Source: Pavona decussata
Lineage: Eukaryota
Direction of reading: 5' to 3'
NCBI GenBank assembly: GCA_977016875.1
Contig: CDRNST010000091.1
Location: 2,046,001 to 2,110,000, forward strand
DNA: 64,000 bases
In this document: positions 36,556 to 48,500 of the stretch, in pieces
Layout of the letters: the number at the start of each line of letters is the position of its first letter
Numbering within the stretch: the stretch's first letter is position 1
Notes under the pieces: generated by a model
Databases searched by the model: none
Seen by the model: the letters and a program-made list of their open reading frames with translations, nothing else
What the model was told of the DNA's origin: nothing
Translations under genes and position numbers: made by a program

Positions 36556-39500
36556 ATGGCTTCGCAGAAGATGAAAGAGGAATTGGCGCGGCAGTCCGGC
36601 TTCGAGGATATATCTTTTGCTACAAGAAGCTATCGCCCAGAATATGCTTCGACACCAGACATACGAGGGACTTTTAGACGTAAGTGTATTCATTCATAAG
36701 TGAGCAAGTGATACGCTACCAAGTGAACATATACGTTTCTGATCGTCCTTTTCGATTCCCTTAGCAGCGCAAAGATGGATTCGAACTTCTGAGATCGAAC
36801 CTACACTGCGAGCGAAGCTTGCGTTTACATCAGGTACAAGTATTTTTTAGCGATTTACCAGAGGACTGGTTAACTGTAGGAATGTTGATGTTTCGTTAAA
36901 TTACATGCAAATTGTAGAAATGTGAGGCTTCAATCGACTATAATAACCTCCGGAAATGTCGTTCGCATTGGATTCATTGCAATCAATGAAGCGCTTTTAC
37001 AATCTGTTTTCCGATTTATCTTATAAGATCCTTGCCGGTTTTTTTAGCCTTCTTATAAGAGAATCCTGTTCGGGTCATGTTTAGTTGCATTAATAGCTGT
37101 TTATGTTTAAATATAAGCTTACTACTTTTATTCGCGTATTTTTGTGTGCCAGGGGGTAAAGACCGCCAGGGCCGAAGTATCTTAACTATACCAGCTGGAA
37201 AGACCGAAGATTTGAGCGTGGATCAACTTGGAGATACACTTGTCTATTTAACCCAGATTCCAAGGTACAATATACTTCATTTTTAATTTTACTCCATAAT
37301 ACTTCAATGATTAATCGATTCTTCGAAATCTGTTATTTAATGCAGCAGGCTAAATTCTTTACGCTCCAGAGGTTTCAATGCTGTGACAGTTTTGCGTCTT
37401 CTTTCGAGAGTAAGGCAAACAATCTCACAGAAGTGAACCAACATATCCTACTCCGAACCTTTCTAGACACCCAACAAAGCGTGTAATATTAAACACGCAA
37501 GGATAACTTTCAAATTTACATATAATTCTGACAGATTGAAATTTGGGACAATTTTTTTATTATTGATTAACAATATCGGCGCGAATTCTTTTGTCCGAGA
37601 ACACATTCGCTCTTTTCTTGATTTGTAAACTAAACGCGGTGACGTTTCGGCTGGTGCCTACAACAACAGTTTTAATTTATTTGGGATTAAATGCGAAGAT
37701 TTTAAAATTATTCCCAAAACATATCGGATTGAAAAACAAGTTTTGATCGTCGTAAATTGACAACGTTATCTGCTACCTTGTCTGGAATGTACTCGACGTC
37801 ATGAAATAACTATCGCTATCAACCCGGCTTATTTACCTATGGTTACGTTATCAGTGAGTAATGTCTAAAACGTGTTTTATCAAGCGTTGGGCACAAACAT
37901 TACGTCTCTGTTTGCGAGGGGTCTAGTCGTGATATGAGCCTTTAGTGAATATTTAATACCTCTTTAATGAAATTAACATTTAATTTATCTTCCCAAATCA
38001 GTGATGTTGATTTCATTACAAATTTTTAGAATGTTCCATCCGCACGCCATTTTTAATTGAAACGCCAATGATCCGAGCCCCAGGGGGGGGGGGGGTACTC
38101 CCTTATATGGGCTATATAGGTATGTGCGGCGCCAAAGGGTATGGTTTTTCAGCCGTTTTGGTCATAAATAGGGTATCGATTTTAGCCATTTTGCCGCCAT
38201 TTTGGTAATAAATAGGGTATCGAGTTTTGCACTCTAGTCTTGAATTCGTTTTTTTAGAAGCTACTTCTTCATCATGATGTTTACGGCAACTGTGTACGTG
38301 CTGCAACGGCTTGTCACGCCTTTAACATTGGTCTGGACTAGGGAAATAATTATAAGGCAGGTCTGAAACAGGGAATTGATTTAAGGGTCAGGTCATAAAT
38401 AGGGTAGGAAAAATAGCAGATTTTGGTCATAAATAGGGTAAAGGTTTTGGGAAGCGCGCCGCACACCCCTATCCAATTTTTTTGGGAGTAACCCCCCCCC
38501 CCCCCCCCCCCCCGGGATCCGAGCCATACAGCCGGAACTCAAAACATGTTTTTGCAGACATAACAACCTGAAAGTGAATATGTTATGAATTAATTTATGA
38601 TATTTTAGTTGAAGATTTGAATATGTGAAAGCCTTTAATAGCGAGGTACATTGTATTAAAAATCAAAGGATAGTAAACTTTAGCATTAATTTGCAAAGAA
38701 AGCCTGAAAAAAAAAATCAGGCAAAAATTAACAGGACTTGAGCCAGTGACTGTCTCCAGCGAGAATACTAGTAATTAGTGGTACTGTAGTAGTAATAGTT
38801 ACTGTAGTAGCAGCAGCAAGCAGCAGCAGCAGTAGTAGTATATATTATATAAATATTATGTCTCATAAATGCAATGATACTGTTAAGATGTTTGGTAAAT
38901 AAATAGCTAAAAAAGCCCCAGTAATTTGCACCCGAACTGATGATCAGCTACTCAGAGTTTCAAAATGACTAATTCAACAAGTGAGGAGAATTTCTTTTAA
39001 TTAACAATATTATAAACTGTACATGTAGTTCAGGCATGGCAAGCTAGTCTCTTGTTGTGAAGGAGAGCTTCTCCAAAACTTAACGACAGCTCTATGTCCT
39101 GGGTACATGTTTTTATGCAAACTTCACAATATTTGTCAAAAAAGAGCGAAAAGAAAAAAAAAAAAAAAAAACTGACCAAGTGAAGACTCAGGACACAGCA
39201 GAAGAGTTTACTAGTAAACTATTGGATCAAAAGTTTTTGTGTTAATTTGTTCTGGCTAGTAAGGGCTATCAAGATCTGTTTTGCACAAGTCATCCGCACA
39301 TTTCAGGTGTCAGACGTGTAAATTGTCACTTTTGTATTAAAAAGAAAAAAATGAATATGAATATTTGAAACATAATTATATTTGAAATGTGAAGAATGGA
39401 AGAAAGATCTTTCCTCTCAGTTATTTACGGAACTTAAGCAGTTGGGATTCTTGTCACAACTGCTTAAGTTGTGTAAATAACTGCAAAGGTCTTTCTTCTA

Positions 39501-42500
39501 TTTAATTTTTAAATAAGCAAAATGCTACTGCTTATTTGTTCAACTCAAGTAAAAGTAAATCATTCTCTTAAGCGACATCAACTTTCACTTTCATCCTTTC
39601 TTTGTCATGGACCTCCACTTTGGCAGAAAATTTAGTGTTTAACCCATATGAGCCTTACAGCTGTCGTTTGCATGTTTAGTAAATGGGCTGCTGTGAAAAT
39701 TTGGATAAATATTTATACTCATAACAGCTTGAGTTTGGGTACACACATGTGTGAGCAAGAGGCATTGTTACCTATGGATCATGCAGGGTTCAGCTTCTGG
39801 GACGCTTCAGTTGATTTGTTTACATTTAAATGGATCAACTGCTTGTTTAGCTGTTGTGAAAATTCATGTTGGAAAATCTTTTGATGGGACTAGCCTGACC
39901 AATGTAAAATATCAGTTCAGCTTATCGCTGTTACTCTGTCATTACTATGTTTACTTAAAAAATGGTTCTCATGTTAACACCTTTCTCAAATAAATGCCTC
40001 CCTCAATATTCCCTAAAGAAATAAATAAAGAGCTTGGCCAAAACCTATGCTAAATGGAATGTTGGCCATGAAATACAAATTGCCGCCAAATTAGCTCAAA
40101 TTTGGCATGCAGACTTATTTTTTGATCTTGATACTGATAGTGTAACCCTCTGTGACTTTGTCCTAAAAGTTAAATCAGTGAAGCGATTGAGGCATTAATA
40201 ATTTCTTCTGTTCTGTTCGAACTGAAACAAAGGAATCAGCCAAGCATTTGGTTCAGTTTGCTAGACTAATTTTGAATAGTCACATGCTAATTTTTGGAAT
40301 TTTAGTCTTACTATAAAAAAAAATTAATTTTCATTTATTTATTTATTTATTTACACTGCCACCTCATACGTAAGATTACAGTAGTTACAATGTGAGTTGA
40401 ACAAGAAACTGTTTCTACAGGCTAAACTAGAAATTATTTAATTTGGAGCAATTTGAATTTTTTGAGGCCATTAGAATAGTTGTCAACCAAGTTGTTTAAA
40501 TGCCCCTGGCACTTGATAGGGGGCCGATTTATTTCCTGTTCCTCAAAGATAGTCACGTCAGTGAACTTAATAAATATAAAGCTGTTGAAATACATTTGAT
40601 ATTGGAGATCTTAGCTAGCTCAGATGTCTGTATGTACATGTTTCATTTTCAAATTTAAAACTGTTGTATTTAGAATCAATTCATGTAAAAGGCCCGAACT
40701 ATAAATATAATGGAGTAGGCATTCTCAGGGCAGGAATGTGGCCTTGTCATGGTCAGATGCCTCTTTTAAATAAACATTTCCCTGATTATTTACACCCCAG
40801 GCGTTTGCTTGAATGAGTCTTAATTTTGTCCTCCTTCAAGAGGAACGGTTCGTGCTCACCACAAGTATGACAGTCTCATGCGGAACCCCCCTAGTACCTG
40901 AATTTTTGCACGTGGTATTCAATTTAGTCAGAGAACATCTCTCTGTATTTTTTCCATTGGTTTATGCTTAATGCTTAGTTTCTGAGAAAAATGAGGCAAA
41001 AATATGGAGTGAGGGAAAAAAAGTGGAGAAAGAAGTGGAACAATAAAATTATTTACAGATGCTTCGAAGCAAAAATAAAAACCAGCACAATGATCCTTGA
41101 TCTATTTAAAATATTGCTTTTAATAATACTATAGGAAGGAGAGTGAGATATGGTTTCTGCTTGTAACTGAAATTTTTTTATTCATGTTACGTTTAATAGT
41201 GTTTAAGAAACTCCACATCGTTTAACACGTATATATAACAATGAAGTTTCTATCTTATGATTGTTCAATGGCAGCTCAGCTCAGATCTAGAAATTAAGTA
41301 AACGTTGTTAGCAATAATTACCGGTATTACAGTGTATAAATTATGTAGACCTGGAAACATAGAGGGCCTATGTTCAATGAAAAAGGGGAGATTTGTGATT
41401 TTTATTACAGGTATGACCAAATTCTGGGAAAGAAATGAGAATGAGTTTCTTGAATCAACTGTCTTAATATGCCATATGCCACAAATGACGGCAATCCAAA
41501 GGGAGAAAAAAAAAAACAGAAAAAAACCCCTTAACATCAAATATTTTCAGATTTTTTACATTCTTCAGATTGCCTCATTTTTGGTATGTGGCCTTAGGCA
41601 GTTAGACAGTTCATTCAAGAAACTTACATCCATTTCACCCCAGAATTTGGTCCTATTTTAAATACAAACCAACAATCAACCTAAAATTTGACAATCAGCC
41701 CTTTATTATTTTTGGTTTTGTACGCATAAGTGTGGATTTCAAATGTACTCACCATTCCTCCAAAGTTATCCACATGAGAGAGAGCAAAGAGGCATGCCCT
41801 TCTTGGAAAGTTACTGTTTATTGATGGTAACAGTGTTTATGAATAAAGATTTGTTCGTCCGTTGGCCCATTCATTGGTTCATCCATCGGTCCATCTGTCC
41901 ATCAGTTGGTCCATCCATCCGTTGGTCTGTCCATCCATCTATCTATTCCCCAGCTCCTCAATTGCACGTTCCTTCAGGGTACAAAATACAACCAACCCAA
42001 AGTGAAGGATTGTTAAATGTCCTGAAATGTTTTTTTTTAGATCTGTTTAAATGCAGACAATCCTGAGATCTATGGACAGTTAAATAGTTTTTTCATCTTA
42101 CGTTTTAGGGACCAAACAAGAAGCCAGATATACACTGTGATAATTGATTTACGTGGTTCTTCCTGGAAATCTGCTAAGCCTCTGCTCAGGACATTACAGG
42201 TACATCAGTGGCCTATGACTGTGGTATAAGTTTTAGGAATTAATGAAATGAGTTGTTAGCTCATTAGATGCATATGCGTATGCCTTATTTTCTTGTGCTT
42301 GTTTCACATGTGGGAATGTGCTTATCACACAAGTGGGAACCAGGCTTTAGGGTTGCATTGTTTAGCTGTTTTTAACCCTGTGGCCTACTAACCTTCCTGG
42401 GAACAGTATTGATGCTTCAATGTACATCTAGAAGCTTGTTGTGCAATCAGTTGTGATCCCCACTTAACTCTCCCAATAGTTTTGAGCTTGTATTAGCCTA

Positions 42501-45500
42501 CTATAGGTAATCAACAGTACTGCTAGGTTACTTAAATATAATTAAACATCTTTTAATTTTTTGTTTGTAGGACACTGTGCCTGATAGAGTACATGATGTG
42601 TATATTATAAAGCCAGATGCATTTTGGGAAAAGAGACGCACCGGAACTGGACTCAAGAAAGAACAATCCAGTGTTGTTTTTGAGGTGAATAATGCAAGGT
42701 TTTAGTCAGAGTTAACCAAACTGGGAGGCTACATGTATGTGAAGAAGAATCAGTATTGGAATTTAACAGGATATGAATTAAGGTTTTCTTGTGACCCACC
42801 TCGTGAGCAACTAGCTTCCTCACACAAACACCCTAACAAAATGCCATTTGTATTTCTCAGTTAAACTTAAGTTTTGTACAGTGTAATTGAAAGTTTCCCT
42901 AAGCAGTGACTTCTGTAAGTGACCATGGATGACCCCTTTAGGCCAAACCTTCATATTTACCAAAGTCTAATCCTGTTTCTCAAATCTGAGGTTTTGATGG
43001 AATGTGTCCGAATGACCAAAAACAGCCATCAATTTTGATTAATTTGCATTGCACGGAGTGATTGAGGGTGGTTTTTAAGGTCGTTCCTTTTGATTTTGTA
43101 TTGTAGACAACACTATTGTCATCAACTAGTAAACTTCACCAGTTTGCTGAAGACAGTCAACTCACTCAGGAACTTGGTGGCACATTGCCATATGACCATC
43201 ACAGATGGATTGACACCAGATTGGTGAGTGACATAGTTATATCCATGTGTTTAAATGTATGCTTGCCCTGAGAACGACCACAGCTGCGTCTCATGGTTTT
43301 AAATCTGATAGAACACTCCTGTTCATTTTTTGAACATTACTTAAACCAACACGTACAACATGTAACACACTCAAAGTAATGACTTTACCTTTTTCTCCTC
43401 CTAACTTGAATATACAATTTAATATGACTAGGGGCAAACTCGAAAACTCACCTGTTTTATTTAACCTGATACACTGTAGGCTCTAACATTTGATAACACA
43501 ATATTGTATTTATTCTTAATTATTACCTTAGGTAGTTATAGTTATTGTTTATGTATCTATGTGTATCTGTGTATTGAGCAAAAATAAATAATGGTAATTG
43601 AACAGAGTGGAGTGCAATTTGGTATGAAATCATACGCGTGATTTCAAAATCGAACGAGCGCGCAGCGCGAGTTTGATTTGAAATCACAAGTATGATTTCA
43701 GACCAAATTTGCACGACACAAAGTTCAATTACCACTTTATTACACCTATTTTGAAATCACAGCGTTTTATTGTCAATATTAATATTGTATTTTTGTTATA
43801 AATATTGCATTTCCATTTTGATGGGCTAAAGAAAGGATGCGATTTAGAGCAAAAAAATGGTGCAATTTGGGAATAAATCGCACTGTTGAGAGCCAATCAG
43901 ATTGCAAGGATCACCAGTGATTTCAAAATGGGTGTAATTGTAATTGTAATTGTTATTTCAATTCTAGGAAATTGATAGGCTGTCAGATGAAGCAAAAATA
44001 AAAATTGTAGTTGTAATTGTTATTTCTATTCTAGGAAATTGATAGGCTGTCAGATGAAGCTGCCTCCTTGAATGAGAAGCTTGATGAACTGGAGCAAGAT
44101 CTTGATACCCACCGTCTAGGGAGCAACCTTGAAGAGACGGACGACCTCATACAACAGCATGAAGCTAAAAGAGCAGTTCTTGATAATGATGCACAGCCAC
44201 TCATCCAGAGAGGGGAACGATTAATAAGCTCTCTAAAAGCAAATGAACCTCCCATTCCACCAAGCCAGAATTTTCCCGGGAGTATGGCATCCCTACCGAG
44301 TCAAGAGCGCCAACAGGTTGAGGGCATTGTTACACTCCTGACACACAGGTGTAATCAGCTGATGGACATGTGGGAAAAGAGATGGAAAGAGTTAATGCAG
44401 TGTATGGATCTTCGACAGTTTGAAGCAGGTTATCAGAAGGTAAGTGTTTTTTCCAAATGCTTTTATTGCTTTTTTTGTTACCTAATAAGATTTTGTTATC
44501 TTGGATTACTGTTTTACTGACAGTGTCATTCATTTGTGCCCTGTTGTTCGAAAGCCGATTAACGCTAATCCCTGATTAAAAATTAACCGAGGTTTTCATC
44601 TCGCTTATTTTAAATGTTTTCAAGAGCTAATTTTAAGCTAATGGTAAAGAAAAGTCTAAGTCAAAAGCAAAGGATAAAAATGTTTTGGAAGAATCTTTAT
44701 TGATGAGTCATTTAACTTGAATCAAAGTTTATGTTAACCCAGGATTAGCTTAACCGGGCTTTGAACAACTGGAGCGGGTTGTTCGAAAGCCGATTAACGC
44801 TAATCTACGATTAAAGTCAATCGAGGTTTTCATCTCGCTCTTTAAAGGTGATTTCAAAGCCTAATTTCAAGTCAAAGGTAAAGAACAGTGTAACTCAAAA
44901 CTGAGGGCCAACACTCTTTTGGAAGAATCTTTATTAATTAGTTATTAAACTCGAATCAAAGTTCACGTTAATCCAGGATTAGCTTAATCGGGCTTCGAAC
45001 AACTGGGCCCAGGGCCCTGGAAATCAGTGCCAATGATGTTTCAGTTTGGTTGTTTTTGTGGATTATCAAAATTATTATTTGTGGTTGCAGGTGATTGACT
45101 GGGTTCTCGGGCCAGGAGAACGTTATTTATCCACATCGAAAGACATCGGAGACTCTGTCATAACCTGTGAGGTTTTAAGGAAAGAACATGAAGAATTTGA
45201 GATGAATGCAAGGGTAAGAAGATATTCATTTTATAATCCTTGATCACAAAACACGTGGTTAGTGATGTTACTCACAGTTTTCATTAGAGGCAGTGTCACC
45301 TATTTGTGATGTTACTTTGAACGGCCAAAAAACACATTTGCATTGACAATATCGTTAAAATAATGCTTCAGTTTTGTTAACGGTAACTCCAATACTACAC
45401 AGAAACTAGTGTCAGTTATTTTTGGCCGCGGATGGCCAAGATTGAAATGGATTGAAACTTGAAAAAATTGGCGAATTTTTTCTTAGTTCTTCCAGCGTAA

Positions 45501-48500
45501 TTAGAGAAATCGCTAAAAAAAAACTGATTATACTTTGTTCTTCTCAGGAGAAATCACTTAATATTTTATTTTCGGTGCTCTAAGAGCAATTTGATGTTAG
45601 CGGAAAGGTACCTTGTCAAATATTCACCTTCGACCAAAACACAGAGATATCTCCGTGACAGTGCTCGGTGTGACGATATCACAGCTTGAAAACATTAGCC
45701 TGCGTAGCTGGCGGTTTCGCTGGGGTTTGGTGGCCCTTGGCGGAGCTACGAAAACGAGAAAACGTCTGCATTCTTCTGGCGGTTTCGCTGTTTGTTTTCT
45801 CGTTTTCGTTGTTCTGCTGCAGACCACCAAACCCCAACGAAATCGCCAGCTGCGGAGGCTAATATTCATTTTCAGACCTGACTTCTAGACTCCGTACCTA
45901 TTTTCAGACTTTCAGACCAAAACGGCTAAAAAAACCATACCCGTAAGCGACCACCCAAAAATACCAAGATTTAGTGGTCGCTTACAAGAGGTGGTCGCTT
46001 ACGCCAGCGACACATCTGGCGATTTTATACGCCGATCGCGGCAAATTTGATCGCCAGCGAAAATTGCAAGCGATTTTTGCCACCGATTGATGCGGAGACA
46101 CCTGGCGATTTTTTTCGCCCAGCGCGGCGATGTGGCAGTTTTGAAAACTCATGAGATAAAATCGCCCAACATGATGGGTTGGCTTTACTGGCGCTTCGCA
46201 GCAATTACGTAGTAAATGCCGGCGAATTTAATCGCCGATATCTGACATTCCAGATAGTGTTGGGTTGTTACTTAAAGTTCCTCGTAATCTCTGAGTAGCG
46301 TAGTGCGTACAGCGAGCATGGAGATCAAACCATACATGTATGTGTCAAGTGGTAGCTTACAAGAGGTTAAAGACAATGAAAAATTATAATGCCGTCACAT
46401 CGAAAAGTGGTCGCGGTCGCTTATGAGAGGTTCCAACTATAGAACTTTGACTGGGAAAAATTTGGTGTTTTGGATAGGTGGTCGGTTATGGGATGTGGTC
46501 GCTTACGAGAGGTGGTCGCTCATGGAGGTTCGACTGTATAGCTAATATAGGCTATAAGCTTAGGGCGTTGTTTCCAGCTGGTTTAACCTGTTTTTACCCC
46601 TTTTTTATTTTAGGACGTTATAAACCACTTCGCTCAGGTGCGAGAGCTGGCCAAGAAGATGCTCCAAGAGAATCACTACGCGTCAAAAGACATCAAAACC
46701 CAGAAGGAGTTTCTGGACAGAGGTTGTCGGAGCTTTGCCATGCGTATGAACAGGAGGAGAGATATTATTCTGACGTCACTGAAGTTCCATAAGAGTGCTG
46801 GAGACGTAAGTGAAGTTTTTGTTGAATTTTTGATAGTTTGTACACGCGCTAGGGAGTTAGTGAGTTTTGACCCATGGCACGTGACACGTTCTCCTCCAAT
46901 CGGAAAACGTATTTGAGTTGGAAGGTATAACGAAAGGGCTCACCTGAATGATCAGGCTCTGATACTCCTGGTTTCAAACCTTTTACTAATTAGGGACTAT
47001 TCTCACAGAGACGATGATAACTTGTTGATGATGTTGATGATGATGATGATGATGATTATGATAACATTGGTTAAGTGTCAAAGTATTTACACTGCAGTGC
47101 TAATTTTGGACGCTATAAATGACTAAACCAAATACGCAAATTGAACATAACATTTGTTAAAAATCCTATCTGGCGGGAGGCAGACCAGTTGGCCATTTAC
47201 AGAGCATGAACACATGAACACATGATCACCAATCTCACGTTTGCCCTTTGCGTAAACGCGATTCTAAAGCTCACCATTAAGACCGATTCTCGTCGTGGTT
47301 TCAAAGCATTGACGATGTTAACTTGTTTTTGTTTTTCAGTGCTCTGTTCACTTAGACGACTTGTTTGAACTGTTGTGTTCTGATTCTGTTCTCTTGTACG
47401 ACTATGAAACTGCAGAGACCATGCTCAGAACACTGGAGGAGAAGGCTGAAGGTAAGAGACGACAAAGGGTCTCGAACTTGGTTCTATTTTTCGCAGGAAC
47501 AACGGTTGACAAGCTTTACGGCCTTTGTAGTTGTTAAAGAGTGTACCTTTAAGCAAATCGTACACCATTTTCACTGTCATTGCAACCACTCACTGTCTTT
47601 GCTGAATTAAGTTATGGGAGGAGAGATTTTGCAAAGATAGAGGGTCGTAAGACAGAGAAAGGGCAGGTAGGACGTGTCGCCAAAGGGGAGTTGGGTGGGT
47701 AAAAAGAACATTCTGAAACCCCAGAACGGCGTAACTTGGCGAGAAGGACCAAAGAGCAGGAATTGTTTCTTTAAATGGGCAGATGAAGTCCCAGGAGACA
47801 CGGGTGGCATTGACTTTAAAACACCGAGGCGTTACAAACATGCTAGCGTTGCGCGCAGGCTAGTTTCGTGGTTATTTAGCCAGTGAGAATAGCGCTCAAG
47901 TGAACAAACGCATTTTATTTTCAGCCGTAGCTGAGTCGTCCGAGGAAACTTTGCGAGACGCGCTGGCCGCGCAGGAACTGATGACCAGTCAGGTTGTTGA
48001 CATGCGCGGCGATGATGTCACACCGGACTACAATAGGGGTATTGCGCATGTGCGGCTGACGCTGGACGAACTCAGAGAGCGGAAGCTGCGTACGGACGAG
48101 CTGTGCGATGTGCGCAGAATCAAACTACAGCAACTGCTGCAGCTCAGACAAAGCGAACGAGACGCAGAACAGGTAAAAACAGGAATAAAATGCGATCAGG
48201 CTCTCGCCAAACGCGAAACCAATTTTAGCGAGTAACTTTAATACATAAGAGTAAGTAGAGAGCGCTGTGAAAACTTCTTGACAAAAAAAAGACAAAATAA
48301 AAAGAGGTAAAACATAGTGCAAATGTAACGGAGAAAGGGAAAAAATAATTTAACTAATACTGATCCCTTCACTTACAAAGATGGTTAAATTATCGCTTTT
48401 TGTGAGGGAGATTTTTTGTGGAAAAAGAAAACGAAAAAAATTATAAACATGAACACACACATAGACACAGGACAAAACTGTAATAAGGGTGATAAGAGCA

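Noticed and set aside
36241-36693. 150-aa minus-strand ORF
   Set aside because: Antisense to the promoter and exon 1 of the SESTD1-like gene; no recognisable protein features.
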